Sequence record: PV805631.1
Strand: one strand, 5' to 3'
Length of the DNA stretch: 64,000 nucleotides
Source: a phage
Shown: piece by piece, positions 39,772-51,594 of the stretch
Numbering within the stretch: the stretch's first letter is position 1
How the letters are laid out: every line of letters starts with the position of its first letter
Position numbers and translations under genes: made by a program
The notes under the pieces: generated by a model
Seen by the model: the letters and a program-made list of their open reading frames with translations, nothing else
Databases searched by the model: none
Told to the model about the DNA's origin: nothing

Positions 39772-41736
39772 TTACCGATTTTGTCTGGGTTGCATATACT
39801 CAGGCAGTCCTTGTGCCTGACGTAAGTACCGTGCAGCACGTTCTTCATCTTCCTTGGCTCGTGCCCTGTCCACACTAGCCTGTGACCGAAAACCTCTTGG
39901 AGCCAGGTTAGCTGGGTCAGCCTGTACTTGTGCCTGTGCAGCTTGGAGCATTGCAGCAGCTTTAGTAACAGCCTCCTGTCGTGCAGGTAACAGTGCAGTA
40001 AGACCAGTTTGCCCGGTGTTAATCTTATTCTGGGTATTTGCCAGTGCAGCTACAGCAGCATCATACGCAGTCTGTGCTGCCTGAATATTCTGCATAGCTT
40101 GAGCACGACCTAGGTTACGAACACTACCTTCCAGTGGTTCTCCACGTTTCACACCCTCAATTAACTGTTCTACCTGACGGTCATTAAGACGCATACCATT
40201 ACCGGCTTCATTGGTAATGAATGGGTTAACTGCATCAATAGCACGGCTAATATAACCTTCCGGTACACCGGTCTGTGCACGTTGCATAACAGCAGCAGCC
40301 ATAGCAGGTGACATATTCCCACGTTGGGAAATATCGTTCAGTCGGTTCAGTACCCAGTTACGGTCAGCACCTTTAAAATCACCTTCCAACAGACGGTTAG
40401 CAATCTCACCTACTGGGGTATTATCAGTGACAGTACCGAGGAAGTCTGTGTTAAGACTACCGGTGTTATCCTGCATGGAACGTGTACCAATCATACCCTG
40501 AGCCAGAGTAGATACTGCCTGATTACCTTGATTATTCTGAACCATAGCTAGTGGGTCAGCCCCTACTTCAGCTTGGGCAATAACAGGTTTAATCTCTTCC
40601 CATGTCATATCCTTATAAGCACCTGGGGTAGAGTTAGGCAGAGCAGCCCAAGTATCTTTAAGGTTACCGTTCTTACGAGCCTCGAAGATAGCCTTACCAA
40701 TCTTATCCTGGTTCTCAGGAGAAAGGGGCTGGCTTTGCCAATCTGAACCAAGAACTTTAGGAGCGAAGTCTTTCAGGGTAGCTTGGTTAATCTGGAATGC
40801 TCCAACAGGTGAAGCACCCTGATTCGACTTCATACCATCCTGGTGTTTAATTACATCACCAATACTCATTTGAGTAATAGGAGTAGATGTACCAGCAAAC
40901 TGGTAGGTAACATCGTAAGGGGAACCCTGACGTGTACCAGCAGTACCCGGAGCAGACGTAGCACCAACATTGTTACCGTAAACACCCGGGTATGCTCGTG
41001 CAAGCATTTCCTGCAAACGTGCCTGGGCAACCGGAGACAGGTTCTTACTATATGCTTCTGCCAATAGACGGGCATCATTAGGGTTCTCAGCACCACGGGT
41101 AATCTGTGACATTACACCCATAGCTGCCTGACTATCGGCATCATTACGCTGAGCAACACCTAAATCAAAACGGTTCTGTGCCTGATTAATAGCCTGACCA
41201 CTTTGGCCTTGAAGACGGCTCAGCATGTCCAATTGCTGGTCAGCAGGGAGTGCAGACAATGCATCACGGGTCTGACTTAATGCAGCATTAATACGGTTCT
41301 GGTCACCTGACTGGTATGCCTCAGACAGTAAACGGATAGCAGGGGAAGCATTATCTAATGCAGTGTTAGTATCCTGTAAACGACCAAAGCGATACGCATT
41401 GTAGTCATTGGTTCCCTGCTGACCTTGTTGAGTCAACAGTGTACCTGCTCTCTCATCCAGGTTTTGAAGGGTACGCTGGTTTATCAATGAACGGTCAACC
41501 CCCTGAAATAATGCACCAGATGCCAAAGCATTACGGTACTCAGTAGGGTCTTGGTACTGCATAGCATTCATCATGACGGCATTGCCAGCCTCCTGCTTGG
41601 CAGCGTTCTGGAAATTACCCAGTGCATCACTTAAGCCGGAGGTGGCGTTACCAATCATGCTGCCAAATGTGCGAATGCTGTCACCAACTCCAGAAAAGTT
41701 AGGTGCATCAACATTACGCCATGTAATTTGAGCCAT
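39772..41736 (-). CDS. Virion-associated protein, possible muralytic/internal virion protein
   Basis: 654 aa, Gln/Ala-rich repeats; 'GAFQINQATL' is only weakly transglycosylase-like. Confidence 0.45.
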   Translation of the reverse strand: MAQITWRNVDAPNFSGVGDSIRTFGSMIGNATSGLSDALGNFQNAAKQEAGNAVMMNAMQYQDPTEYRNALASGALFQGVDRSLINQRTLQNLDERAGTLLTQQGQQGTNDYNAYRFGRLQDTNTALDNASPAIRLLSEAYQSGDQNRINAALSQTRDALSALPADQQLDMLSRLQGQSGQAINQAQNRFDLGVAQRNDADSQAAMGVMSQITRGAENPNDARLLAEAYSKNLSPVAQARLQEMLARAYPGVYGNNVGATSAPGTAGTRQGSPYDVTYQFAGTSTPITQMSIGDVIKHQDGMKSNQGASPVGAFQINQATLKDFAPKVLGSDWQSQPLSPENQDKIGKAIFEARKNGNLKDTWAALPNSTPGAYKDMTWEEIKPVIAQAEVGADPLAMVQNNQGNQAVSTLAQGMIGTRSMQDNTGSLNTDFLGTVTDNTPVGEIANRLLEGDFKGADRNWVLNRLNDISQRGNMSPAMAAAVMQRAQTGVPEGYISRAIDAVNPFITNEAGNGMRLNDRQVEQLIEGVKRGEPLEGSVRNLGRAQAMQNIQAAQTAYDAAVAALANTQNKINTGQTGLTALLPARQEAVTKAAAMLQAAQAQVQADPANLAPRGFRSQASVDRARAKEDEERAARYLRQAQGLPEYMQPRQNR

Positions 41737-41748
41737 GATGGTTTCCTA

Positions 41749-42231
41749 TTAACGAGTAAGTTTATTAGCTGCAATGTAAGCATCAGCTGAAGACTGGTCA
41801 CGGTTCTCTGCTGTAGCACGGCTACGAGCACGGTCTTCCAGTGCAGTGTTATAAGACTTAATCTGATTATTCAGGTTAGTGTTAGTAACGCTCTTAGCAA
41901 AGTTCAACTGGTTTTTGGCTAACTTGTTAGCCTGGAAACCACCATAGATATTGGCTAAGGAACCAAGTGCATCAAGTCCTAGTTGGAAGGTAGGAATATT
42001 CATGCCTAATTGGTCAGTCAAGCCTGAATCATTACCTGAGCCAAACAAAGAACTATCCAAACTACCATTTAAAAAATCCATGCCAACTGTTTGTCCGGGC
42101 CGATAATTCATTGCCGGAGTACTAAAGTTTTGCTTCTGGTTGTTACCAGATAACCAGGACAAAGCCCCTGGCTGAAGGGTTTGGTTGCCTGTAAAGAATG
42201 ACAAATCCATGGGGATTCTCCTGTTAAACAA
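41749..42231 (-). CDS. Hypothetical virion protein
   Basis: 160-aa ORF tightly packed in the late block. Confidence 0.45.
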   Translation of the reverse strand: MFNRRIPMDLSFFTGNQTLQPGALSWLSGNNQKQNFSTPAMNYRPGQTVGMDFLNGSLDSSLFGSGNDSGLTDQLGMNIPTFQLGLDALGSLANIYGGFQANKLAKNQLNFAKSVTNTNLNNQIKSYNTALEDRARSRATAENRDQSSADAYIAANKLTR

Positions 42232-44875
42232 GGTCAGTATTAAGAGTCATATCAGAGTAGCTGCCAATCATGTTTAAGGACATGTCAGCTATATCCGAAC
42301 CAGTCATAAGAGTACGTGAGAGGAAAGAATCCAACGACTCCAATGACACAAATTGCATAGGGTCAATTACACCCTGCCCAGCAGTACCAAACATTTCTTC
42401 ATACTGCTTATTGATTGCCATCATATCAGTATTGTACTGCTGCATTACATTCTCTGCTTTCTGAATAGTAGCAGCCGTAGATGCATTAATATACTGGCTA
42501 ATACCATTACCTACTGAACTGGTAAGCTGCATAATGTTCTGAGCATTCATCATTTCACCGGCTAAGGTAGATAAGGATGTACCAGTAGACATAGCAGTAC
42601 CAACGTTCATAGCCACCATTGAAGCAATAGCAGCAATGATAAAACCTAGCTTATCACCAAACAGAGAAGTGGATACTTTAGTGACAATAGATATCATAAT
42701 CATTGCAGCAATGGCGTTTGCTACAGCACCTACTATTACAGCAGCTAATCCAACAAAACCTAGCGATGCACCAACTGCACCATAAGCCCCAAGAATACCT
42801 GCACCACCAGCACTACCAGCACCCATAGTAAATACGGATATAACGACAGCAACTACAACAACCACAATCTTAAAGGCAGAGGACTGATACCACTTTTTCT
42901 TAACCTTTTTATATGAGTTCATTACTAAGTAAGAGCAGGCAGTAGATAACTGAGTGCTACGAACTAGTGACATTGAACGATAGATGTTGGTGTGCAGGGG
43001 AATAATGAATCCACTCTCTTCTGCATCACCCATTGCTTCAGCAACATCAATATTTACTGACTTATTTTTATATACCTTGTTGCTATGATGAAGGCCCAAT
43101 ACCCTAAGTTTACGGTAGGTATTATTACCATCCTGCCAAAGCAACTCATATTCTTGCATAGTATAAAACGTAGGGGTAACTTCCAGCTTTTTGCTAGCAC
43201 CAGCACGCATGTTCTTACGGGTAAGGGTTATATCCCCTGCATATCTGGCTCGAAGTTGTCCTTGTTTAGCACCAGCCCATGCTTCACCGGAATGGGTAGT
43301 TTCAAATACGTAGTTCCAACTAATAGTCATATCATACTTATAATGCTTACTACTATGCACCCTAAACTCCCGCTTAGGTATAACAGGGTATTCTGGCAGC
43401 GGTGGAGGTGTTCCAACAATTTGGCCTTCATGCCTGTCCCACCATTCCTCATATGCATCTACTGCATCGTTTGCTGCCTGATAACCTGCAATCACTGCTT
43501 CCAGTGTAGGGTAGGTTGGATCAGGTGGAAATGCTTCAGTAGCCATCTGAAAGAAACGGTAGATGTATTCCTTAGCAGTATCTTCTGGAGTATTAAGAGA
43601 TACACCGAATGTGCCATAGATGTATTGAATATCGCCTATGTCATCATTCTTCTTAAGCTCAGTCACTACTTTATCTAGCTTACCACCAGTAGCTTTATAG
43701 AGTGCCTTCTTACAGTGGGGGTAGATTGTGTCATTCTCTACCCATTGCTTATCATTCCTGATTGGAATAAATGGATAGAATCGGTTATCAGTAGCCTCAG
43801 TTTCAAACAGTGAATCGAGTGTAGCGTTACCTGAGTTCTTCTTATAGATAAGCATCTTAGGTGTACCAACAGCAGTCATCTCAGTGTCAGTACGAGTAGT
43901 CTGGGATGAGTACTTACGAACCAGTGTCTCTGTGGTCGTGGTGATTGTATCGGTGCGAGTAACACCACCACCTAAATTAACTACATTAGTGGTTACAGTA
44001 GTACTGGATTGAACCTCACCAAACTTTCTATGAGTCATTACCCTGTCAGATACAACTACAGTTACATCATCAGGTTTCTCAGTGAACCCTCTACGGTAAA
44101 CCTTAACGTAAGAGTTCCAGTTATCCACACTTGGTACAGTAACAGTACTGTCTTCATATGGTCTACCATCAGAGTAAACAGAATGAGTCTGTATAGTCTT
44201 AGTAAGATTGGTTGTGTTAGCCGTCGTATTACTTGAGATGGTAGTCCATAACAGAGTAGACGGTAAGTCATTTTCGCTGTTATAGACAGTAGTCGGACCT
44301 ACTACCGGTGGATTGGTAGCCGGGGACTTATAGAACGTGTAATCAGCATAGAGATACAAAGCACCTGGTTCAAAGTTAGTAGGTGTGAATGTAATGGGGG
44401 AACCTCCATCTAAGGAGGTCATAGCGATTACATTGGTATCTTCATCAATGTCTACATCGAATCGTTCCATGATTCGACTTGGGGCATTCTCATAAAGATA
44501 CTGATCACACCATTGCTCAAAGTCAGCAAAGCCAATCTCTGCTGCCTGAACATAGACAGATTCTCCAGCAGGTGGAGTAATTTGACCCTCTATAACAGTA
44601 GGGTCAATCTTAGCCAGTACACCTAATGAAGCCCCTGCCATACCAACTTCTGAATCATAGTGGTTCTTGCTCCAGCTAGAGAACAGTCGCATACGTATAC
44701 CAGGCCCCTTCAGATAACTATCAGAGATAGTGTCTGCCATAGTGAATCCTGTATCAGCAACAATCTTACCGATGACTACAGTCTTCATATAGTTTGGACG
44801 TTTGTGTATATCCCCTGCCATGTTATAGACAGAGGATGCTACGTATACTTTGGTCTTACTACTGAATAAGCCCAT
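42224..44875 (-). CDS. Large virion protein with an extended Gly/Ala-rich hydrophobic segment
   Basis: 883 aa; 'VVVVVAVVISVFTMGAGSAGGAGILGAYGAVGASLGFVGLAAVIVGAVANAIAAMIMISIV'. Confidence 0.5.
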   Translation of the reverse strand: MGLFSSKTKVYVASSVYNMAGDIHKRPNYMKTVVIGKIVADTGFTMADTISDSYLKGPGIRMRLFSSWSKNHYDSEVGMAGASLGVLAKIDPTVIEGQITPPAGESVYVQAAEIGFADFEQWCDQYLYENAPSRIMERFDVDIDEDTNVIAMTSLDGGSPITFTPTNFEPGALYLYADYTFYKSPATNPPVVGPTTVYNSENDLPSTLLWTTISSNTTANTTNLTKTIQTHSVYSDGRPYEDSTVTVPSVDNWNSYVKVYRRGFTEKPDDVTVVVSDRVMTHRKFGEVQSSTTVTTNVVNLGGGVTRTDTITTTTETLVRKYSSQTTRTDTEMTAVGTPKMLIYKKNSGNATLDSLFETEATDNRFYPFIPIRNDKQWVENDTIYPHCKKALYKATGGKLDKVVTELKKNDDIGDIQYIYGTFGVSLNTPEDTAKEYIYRFFQMATEAFPPDPTYPTLEAVIAGYQAANDAVDAYEEWWDRHEGQIVGTPPPLPEYPVIPKREFRVHSSKHYKYDMTISWNYVFETTHSGEAWAGAKQGQLRARYAGDITLTRKNMRAGASKKLEVTPTFYTMQEYELLWQDGNNTYRKLRVLGLHHSNKVYKNKSVNIDVAEAMGDAEESGFIIPLHTNIYRSMSLVRSTQLSTACSYLVMNSYKKVKKKWYQSSAFKIVVVVVAVVISVFTMGAGSAGGAGILGAYGAVGASLGFVGLAAVIVGAVANAIAAMIMISIVTKVSTSLFGDKLGFIIAAIASMVAMNVGTAMSTGTSLSTLAGEMMNAQNIMQLTSSVGNGISQYINASTAATIQKAENVMQQYNTDMMAINKQYEEMFGTAGQGVIDPMQFVSLESLDSFLSRTLMTGSDIADMSLNMIGSYSDMTLNTDLV

Positions 44876-44876
44876 A

Positions 44877-45719
44877 TTAATTCAGCCCGTTGTTAGACTT
44901 CAGCTTGGACAGAATGGTATCAATACTTGCGTTGGTGAATCCATTAGGTGGGTTCAAGCCTTCATCAATAGTCTTCTGTGTAATCCATGCATCAGTAAAC
45001 AACTTAGATGCTTTAACTTCTGCATCACGTTGGTAAGAAGTAATCTGTTGAGAGTACAACTCTTTCTGCTTACCTACGGAACCCCTAACTGCTGCACCGT
45101 CTGTACGAGTATCCAATGTCTGTGCACGTTGTGCCTCAGTCTGCTCAGTAATCAGTTTAAGCTGTTGGGGTAACATCTGGTCAGCATTAAACAATGCAGC
45201 ACAGTATGTCTCAGACTCAGTAGCAATCTTCATCTTAGTGAGTGCATATTCACTCTTAGCAGACAGTGCCTGAATCTTAGCCAGCACATACTGAGCTTTA
45301 GATGTTGCCAGTTGAACACGTGCAGTAACTGCCTGAATCTGTGCCATAGCAGCAGCCCAGTACGCTTGGTCTCGACCAAGTAAGAACTGAACAGCATTAC
45401 TCATGCAAGATTCCATCATAGCAATGTATGCTTTGGTATATTCACCACCGGTAATACGGTTAGCTTTAAACTCAGCCTTAAGATGATTGTGTGCAGATTC
45501 CATTAATGCATCAAACGTACCACTACCACCTACTTCACGGGTAGTAAGTGATTCATTGGTTACTTTAGTAATAGCATCAAAGATTGGAGAATTATCTCCA
45601 CCAGGGATATCCCATTCAGGGCCAGACATATCAATGTCAGGGAGGGTAAAGTCATCACCCTTAGTTAACTCTTCTAGGAGTCGGTTAGCTTCTACCTCAG
45701 CAGAACAAGACATAATCAT
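44877..45719 (-). CDS. Hypothetical virion structural protein
   Basis: 280 aa, alpha-helical Ala/Gln-rich; late-block position. Confidence 0.45.
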   Translation of the reverse strand: MIMSCSAEVEANRLLEELTKGDDFTLPDIDMSGPEWDIPGGDNSPIFDAITKVTNESLTTREVGGSGTFDALMESAHNHLKAEFKANRITGGEYTKAYIAMMESCMSNAVQFLLGRDQAYWAAAMAQIQAVTARVQLATSKAQYVLAKIQALSAKSEYALTKMKIATESETYCAALFNADQMLPQQLKLITEQTEAQRAQTLDTRTDGAAVRGSVGKQKELYSQQITSYQRDAEVKASKLFTDAWITQKTIDEGLNPPNGFTNASIDTILSKLKSNNGLN

Positions 45720-45789
45720 TCCTCTTGGTTCAAAAAGAAACGGCCCACGGAGTTACCCCAGTGAGCCGTGTTGAACTGTAGCTTATACG

Positions 45790-46431
45790 TTAATCGTTCA
45801 GGCTACCAGCAGCAATCTGTGCTTGAGCCAGTTGAGCCAATTCTGCTTCAGTCAGCGGAGGCAATACTTCAATGGAGAACTCACGTGCTTCTGTTGCACG
45901 GATATCCGGTAAGCCATTCTTACCTTTACGAGTCGTAATGTTGATGAACTTACGCTCTTTAAGGAACTCGTAGATACAGTACGGAATATGATAACCATTA
46001 TCGGTCACTTCACCGAATGGAACAAACTTACGTACAGTACCCATATATTCGTTAGCTACGGTGATAATCTCACCCGGCAGGTCTTTCTTCTTAGGGTCAA
46101 GGTTCTGGATACGTACACGAATCAGTCGAGTCTGTTCTGCACGAATCTTCTGACCCAGGGTCATCTTCTTAACACCAGCTTCCTGTTTTTCACCCAAAGG
46201 ATTAACAGCAGCTTCTTTTACTTCTGGTTCATCTTTTGCTTGTGCAGCTTCAATTTTCTCACGGAGCTTTTCAACGGAGATGTTGTTAGAGAACTTAATA
46301 TTCATCAACGTTGCACGTTGCTTAAGAACTTCAAGTTCGCTAGGCATTGCAATATCGTTAACGGTATCTTCGTTGCCCTGTACGTCCAGTTCTACGCCAG
46401 TGGTCGGTTTATCGTTAATGCTCATGTTCAT
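45790..46431 (-). CDS. Hypothetical structural protein
   Basis: 213-aa ORF immediately downstream of the capsid gene. Confidence 0.45.
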   Translation of the reverse strand: MNMSINDKPTTGVELDVQGNEDTVNDIAMPSELEVLKQRATLMNIKFSNNISVEKLREKIEAAQAKDEPEVKEAAVNPLGEKQEAGVKKMTLGQKIRAEQTRLIRVRIQNLDPKKKDLPGEIITVANEYMGTVRKFVPFGEVTDNGYHIPYCIYEFLKERKFINITTRKGKNGLPDIRATEAREFSIEVLPPLTEAELAQLAQAQIAAGSLND

Positions 46432-46498
46432 ATTTCCTGTGGTTCAACTAGTTTTATTAAGAGGGGGACACTAGTCCCCCTTATTTTATTTAGGACTA

Positions 46499-47701
46499 TT
46501 ACAGAGGAGCAACAGTCTTAATCAGAGCCAGACGTTCCGGACGTTTAACCAGGATACCGTAGTACCACTTGATGGAGCTGAAGCCAGTCTCACCATACGG
46601 GTCATTACGGTCAGCAGTTTCTCGACCAGGCATCTTAGTCATGATGGAGAACTTAACAGACTTACCATCAGTCTGGAAACCAATGGTAGAGAAGGAGTCA
46701 TCACCAACTACCAGCATCGGGAACACGTCATAGTGTTCTTCGCCACTAACCATAGAAGAACGGTAACCTGGGTTAGTAGAGACTTGTGCACCAGCACCTG
46801 CCCAATGCAGCATCTCAGGAACCTGGATAATACGGAACTTGTCGATACAACCAATTTCACCATTCATCAGAGTACCAGCGTCAGCATAGTGCTGAACCTC
46901 AATGAATGCTTTGTTACCGAACAGGTCTTTCATCGCTTTCAGTTCTGGAACTAGTTCAGAACCAACGTACATTACACGAGTACCGCCAAGTACTTTGGTA
47001 TCGGTAAGTTTAGAACCAGTGATGATAGTAGTCTGAGTCGGAGTACGGTTCTCAGTAAGAATCTGGTCAAGACGCATCAGGTTCTTATAAGAAACTACAG
47101 ACGGGGTAGCACCTTCACCCGTGATGGTAGCATCGGAAGTAGCAGCACCTGCATACAGTACAGTACCAGCAGCAGCCAACAGGTCTTTCTGGAGAACAGC
47201 TTCAGTCAGCTGTACAGCACCGTTCATCAGTTCACGAGACAGGTGTTCTTTCAGTTGGTCATCAGAATCAAAGTCCAGGGACTCTTGAGTAAATTCGTAG
47301 AAGAAACCGAACTTATGGATGGAACCTTCACGGGACAGACGGGTAAAGCCTACACGGTTAACACGACCACCGTTCTCTGTCAGCAGAGGCAGTTTAGAAG
47401 TGATGTTACCAACGTCTCGGGAAGAACCATACAGGTTACCATTAACGATGGTAGCACCATTAGCATCAATACCCTGGTCGTTGATGTTCTTATCGTCAAG
47501 CAGTGGAACGTACTCATACACCTTAACAGTCTTACCGTAGTTCTTCGGCATGTTAATAGTGTTAGCCAGTGGCATGAAGTACTGGTCTTTACGGGACTGA
47601 ATAATAGCTTTCTTCAGCCAGTAATAGGTATTCATCTGGTCGGAACCAGCACCATCAATGCTAGATTTCTGGCCGTCAATTGGGGCGTTATAGTTTAACA
47701 T
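46499..47701 (-). CDS. Major capsid protein
   Basis: 400 aa, the size expected for an N4-type capsid protein, between the scaffold-like and portal-side genes; call by size and synteny. Confidence 0.6.
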   Translation of the reverse strand: MLNYNAPIDGQKSSIDGAGSDQMNTYYWLKKAIIQSRKDQYFMPLANTINMPKNYGKTVKVYEYVPLLDDKNINDQGIDANGATIVNGNLYGSSRDVGNITSKLPLLTENGGRVNRVGFTRLSREGSIHKFGFFYEFTQESLDFDSDDQLKEHLSRELMNGAVQLTEAVLQKDLLAAAGTVLYAGAATSDATITGEGATPSVVSYKNLMRLDQILTENRTPTQTTIITGSKLTDTKVLGGTRVMYVGSELVPELKAMKDLFGNKAFIEVQHYADAGTLMNGEIGCIDKFRIIQVPEMLHWAGAGAQVSTNPGYRSSMVSGEEHYDVFPMLVVGDDSFSTIGFQTDGKSVKFSIMTKMPGRETADRNDPYGETGFSSIKWYYGILVKRPERLALIKTVAPL

Positions 47702-47717
47702 ATCATCTTATTCCTGT

Positions 47718-48938
47718 TTAAAGACTACCCGGTACTGGGAGTTTAGCGAAATCTTCATCACTCATTGCGAGTGGGTTTACAATAGGTGTTGCTTTACGTG
47801 TAGCAGCCCGATTAAGGGAAGCTGCTTTAGCTTGCTCACTGTTAGCCAGAGTCTGCTTAGGTTGTGCTACACGCACTACCGGCTGAACCACTGGCTTAAC
47901 TGCTTGTACCGGTTCTGGCTTAGCCGCTCGGTTAAATGCCCCTTGCTGTGTAAGGAGGTTACCGACGTGGTTATAAGCCTGAATGAACGGAGTACCTACC
48001 GGAATCTGGCCTAACATTTGAAGACGGTTCACTTCGTTTGCAATGGTGTCATAAATACCATTCTCACGTTGTTCGTGAATAGTCTGGAGTAGGCCACGAT
48101 TCTGGTAAAGAGCTTCTTTACTGGCAGCATCCCATGTCGAGCCGATAACACCTAATGTAGCTTGTCCTTCTTGAGTAGACTTTAAGTCGTCAATTTCGGT
48201 TGCAAAATCTGCTTCGGTGTCGGTAACACGGTGATTGCCACCCTGGTAGTTAATTTCTTCATCTGGGTTAAAGTCCAGAGGATCTGTACCAGAGTCTTTG
48301 AGCAACTTCTTAATGGCTTCAGGATTCTTTTTATCCAGGTCAATAAGGAAAGAAAGTTTATCCTCATCCATTAAACCGTTGTTCTGTAACATCAGCATTA
48401 CCTTACGGTAAGGCTTTAGTTCTTGCATCTTGCGAGTATAGTTAGCACCCATCTGCATCAGGCTAATGGCCTCCTCCGGTGAACGGGGAGTAATCACTTT
48501 GCCGTTAGCTTTAAAAGGAGCCATCAACTTCTCGTAACCTTCTTTATAGTTGAAGTCAGCAGGCAGACCTTCAGACTGTTTGCCTTCTTCTTTCTGTTCC
48601 TGGCCTGGTTCAGTAGTAGAAGGTTCAGCTTTAGTAATCGGCTCACCGTTACTATCAACTTCTGTGTCAACAACTTTATCATCAACTTTATCAGAAGTTA
48701 AAGAATTTGCTGAATCTTCTTCATCAGGTTCGGCTTCAGGGGGGGTTTCTTCGGTTGGTAGGTCTTCAACAGCAGGGGTGTCAACTTCTTCTTCAGGAGT
48801 CTGTACGCCGTTGGTTTCTGGGTTGTTCTGAGTGGAAGTATCTTCCTCAGCAATAATTGCTGGGGCTTCCATATTCAGAATCTCATCATCCGACATTGCG
48901 AGAATGTCGGAAGCTGTGGTTGCAGCTTCCGTAGTCAT
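47718..48938 (-). CDS. Putative scaffolding/head assembly protein
   Basis: Highly acidic low-complexity N-terminus, immediately upstream of the capsid gene. Confidence 0.4.
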   Translation of the reverse strand: MTTEAATTASDILAMSDDEILNMEAPAIIAEEDTSTQNNPETNGVQTPEEEVDTPAVEDLPTEETPPEAEPDEEDSANSLTSDKVDDKVVDTEVDSNGEPITKAEPSTTEPGQEQKEEGKQSEGLPADFNYKEGYEKLMAPFKANGKVITPRSPEEAISLMQMGANYTRKMQELKPYRKVMLMLQNNGLMDEDKLSFLIDLDKKNPEAIKKLLKDSGTDPLDFNPDEEINYQGGNHRVTDTEADFATEIDDLKSTQEGQATLGVIGSTWDAASKEALYQNRGLLQTIHEQRENGIYDTIANEVNRLQMLGQIPVGTPFIQAYNHVGNLLTQQGAFNRAAKPEPVQAVKPVVQPVVRVAQPKQTLANSEQAKAASLNRAATRKATPIVNPLAMSDEDFAKLPVPGSL

Positions 48939-48957
48939 AGGAAATATCTCCGGTTAA

Positions 48958-49302
48958 TTATTCGTCTTCAGGTTCAGCACGAACTGCGTCGAGTTCTTCT
49001 TCTACCTGTAGAATAACGTCAGCTTCGTTTTCGCCCATACGAATGGCAAGATCAAGCCAACGACGTAAGTGACCAGCAGCTTGAGCCATGTTCAATGCAT
49101 CTGCACGGTTATTAGGTTCAAGCAGTGGGTCACCAGACTCTTGCACGTAACGTGCACAATCTTCCGTACAGAACTGGCGAAGAATTACTTTACGGAACAG
49201 TGGATTCTCCAGAAGTTTACGTACATCTTCTGCATGTGCAACTGCACCTTTAGCAGCTTCCAGTCGATGTTCCAGTCCAGCGATTGTTGATTCTTTACTC
49301 AT
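48958..49302 (-). CDS. Hypothetical protein
   Basis: 114-aa ORF between portal and scaffold-like genes. Confidence 0.4.
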   Translation of the reverse strand: MSKESTIAGLEHRLEAAKGAVAHAEDVRKLLENPLFRKVILRQFCTEDCARYVQESGDPLLEPNNRADALNMAQAAGHLRRWLDLAIRMGENEADVILQVEEELDAVRAEPEDE

Positions 49303-49315
49303 GTGAAGGTCTGCC

Positions 49316-51586
49316 TTACAGGTTCATGCCAAGAGCCGATGCTGGGTCTTGGCTAGGGTCATAGTATTGGGAACTAAGTGAATAAGCTGGGTCTTGCTGA
49401 GCAGCTAAATCCCGTTCTGGTATAGAGTTCACGTTAGTCAAAGTATTATATCCAACAGCTGCAGATATGTTGGGGGTAGTTTCCCCTTCTTTAATAGGTG
49501 TTGTCAATGCCTTAGTTATCTGAAGGTTCTGGTTTCCTTGGGATTGTGCTTTTTGTTTTTCCATATCACGAGCATGTTTAGTACCAGATTCCTGTTCCAG
49601 ATAATCCAGGTCTTTAAGGTCACCACTGGAAGCAGCCTCTTTAGCCTTAGCCATATTGAGTGCAATCTTACTTTGTAACTCTTCATTCTCAAGCTGTGCT
49701 TTCTGAATTGCCAATTGCTTAAGCTGTTCTTCCATAGGGTCTGGCTGTGGTTGCCAGGTACGTAACTCATGAGCCAGGTCGGGCATACGTTTAAGTTCTG
49801 CAATCTTAGCTACGAGAGATAACGTAATAGTTTGGTCAACCGTATTACCCAATGTTTGAACCATGAAGCTCAAGTCCTGGGATTTCTGGTTATCAATTTC
49901 AGCAGTGTTGATATCAACCTCAATATCGAAGTTACCTTTAAGGTCTTCACGGTTAATCTCTACATACTGCTCGTTAGTAATACGTACTACTTCTTTCTCA
50001 GATAAGAACACAGCATTCATTGCACAAATCTTAGTACCAATGTCTGCCATGCCCTTAGCTAATCGGCGAAGGATTGCCATCTCACGTTTGGATGCTGCAT
50101 CAAGTGCACCACGAATACCGGCAGCCACTTCCCCGTAAGCTGAACCAGTTACACCACCAGAGAATGCTTTAACACCAGTTAATGATTCAGCTTCCTGGTT
50201 TTGCATCTGGGTCATTATTATTGCCGACTGAGGTAACTCAGGGAACTTATGTTCCATAATGGCCTGACTAGGATTACCCTGCATTGGGTTGTATTCGTAG
50301 TCTTGCCCATCGTCATATCGACGACGGTTTAGTGTATCCAACATCCCTTTAGGATAACCACGTTGACCGTTTGCACTTCGACCTAACAGGTCAATCATCC
50401 CACGCATAGTTGCACCAAGAATTGCTTGGTTATCCCCTAACAGTTCAGCATCAGCTTCACCGAAGAGTTCGCGTTTACGGGGCATGTAAGGAACAACTAC
50501 TAAAGGTAATTTACCGTCAGGGAATGGGTTCCTCTCCATACGAATAAGAGTAGAACCAATCCAGGTAGCAACAATAGGTTCCAGAGAACCATCATCATTG
50601 ATGTCGTAAAATCCCCAGTACTCATAAGCAACAACCTTCTTACGAAGTGCATCCTTAAACTGGAAGTCACTAGGAGTTTTACTTTCATGGTCTGGGTCAG
50701 TCATAGGACTGGAACTTTCCCAGTCAATCTTATCTAAATTGTGATAACGGTCCTTATTCTTCATGAGGTCTGCTTTGCATGTCTCAAAGGAGATAACTGC
50801 ATACAGAGCCTTATCCAAATCACCGTTACAGCTTGGGTCAATAACTACGTTATTAGGGTTAAGCATTTCAACGGTAGGTCTGTTAACTAGTGCCTTCTCT
50901 ACTTCTACTTCAGTAACTCCAGTCTGGATTGCATAGGTAGCTTCCCCAGTTTCATTAAAGTAGTTAACAGCTTCCTTAATATCTTCCGACATTGTCTCAT
51001 CGTACTCACGAGGATTCTCTGCCTGAAGCTGTAAAGCCTGTTGAAGAACATCTGCTTGTTCCTGGTTCTCGATTGGATATAACTGGAAGACTGGTGTTTC
51101 TGTTTTAATCTTAACAGTCTTACGTTCCCAACCAATACGAGCAATACCAGTACCGTCATCTACAACACTGTGTACGTAATCATCTACTAGTTTCACTTTA
51201 TTAAGCTGGGTACGGAATTGGTAGTTAAGAACTAATTCATTCTGACGTGCAGCTAACTCATCTTCAAAAGTAACCGGAGTTACTTTAAAGAGCTTATTAG
51301 ACGAGAGAAAAGGCTCAGACAATGGAGCATATCGCCATTCTGCCTGACGGCGAACCAGTCTGGGTTGGACTTGTGAGCGCCCCTTAACCTTTGGGGGTTT
51401 AGCTTTACCTTTAACTTCCATCAGGTCATTCCACTCACGAATCTGAGCCATAATTGCATCGTGAGCAGGTTTAGCTGATTCCAAATCACCTTTCAGTAAT
51501 TGGATACTTGGTTCCTTCTTCCAGTCCGTTAGCTTCTCTGATTGAGCCGGGTCTGGTAAAGGCTTAAAAGTGTCTTGGTGTTCCAT
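49316..51586 (-). CDS. Portal protein
   Basis: 756 aa, upstream of the head genes; call by size and synteny. Confidence 0.6.
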   Translation of the reverse strand: MEHQDTFKPLPDPAQSEKLTDWKKEPSIQLLKGDLESAKPAHDAIMAQIREWNDLMEVKGKAKPPKVKGRSQVQPRLVRRQAEWRYAPLSEPFLSSNKLFKVTPVTFEDELAARQNELVLNYQFRTQLNKVKLVDDYVHSVVDDGTGIARIGWERKTVKIKTETPVFQLYPIENQEQADVLQQALQLQAENPREYDETMSEDIKEAVNYFNETGEATYAIQTGVTEVEVEKALVNRPTVEMLNPNNVVIDPSCNGDLDKALYAVISFETCKADLMKNKDRYHNLDKIDWESSSPMTDPDHESKTPSDFQFKDALRKKVVAYEYWGFYDINDDGSLEPIVATWIGSTLIRMERNPFPDGKLPLVVVPYMPRKRELFGEADAELLGDNQAILGATMRGMIDLLGRSANGQRGYPKGMLDTLNRRRYDDGQDYEYNPMQGNPSQAIMEHKFPELPQSAIIMTQMQNQEAESLTGVKAFSGGVTGSAYGEVAAGIRGALDAASKREMAILRRLAKGMADIGTKICAMNAVFLSEKEVVRITNEQYVEINREDLKGNFDIEVDINTAEIDNQKSQDLSFMVQTLGNTVDQTITLSLVAKIAELKRMPDLAHELRTWQPQPDPMEEQLKQLAIQKAQLENEELQSKIALNMAKAKEAASSGDLKDLDYLEQESGTKHARDMEKQKAQSQGNQNLQITKALTTPIKEGETTPNISAAVGYNTLTNVNSIPERDLAAQQDPAYSLSSQYYDPSQDPASALGMNL

Positions 51587-51594
51587 AGTTAATC

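Noticed and set aside
43085-47698. Plus-strand ORFs within late structural genes (for example 43085-43678, 45988-46521, 47243-47698)
   Set aside because: Antisense to long minus-strand structural genes in a tightly packed late block.
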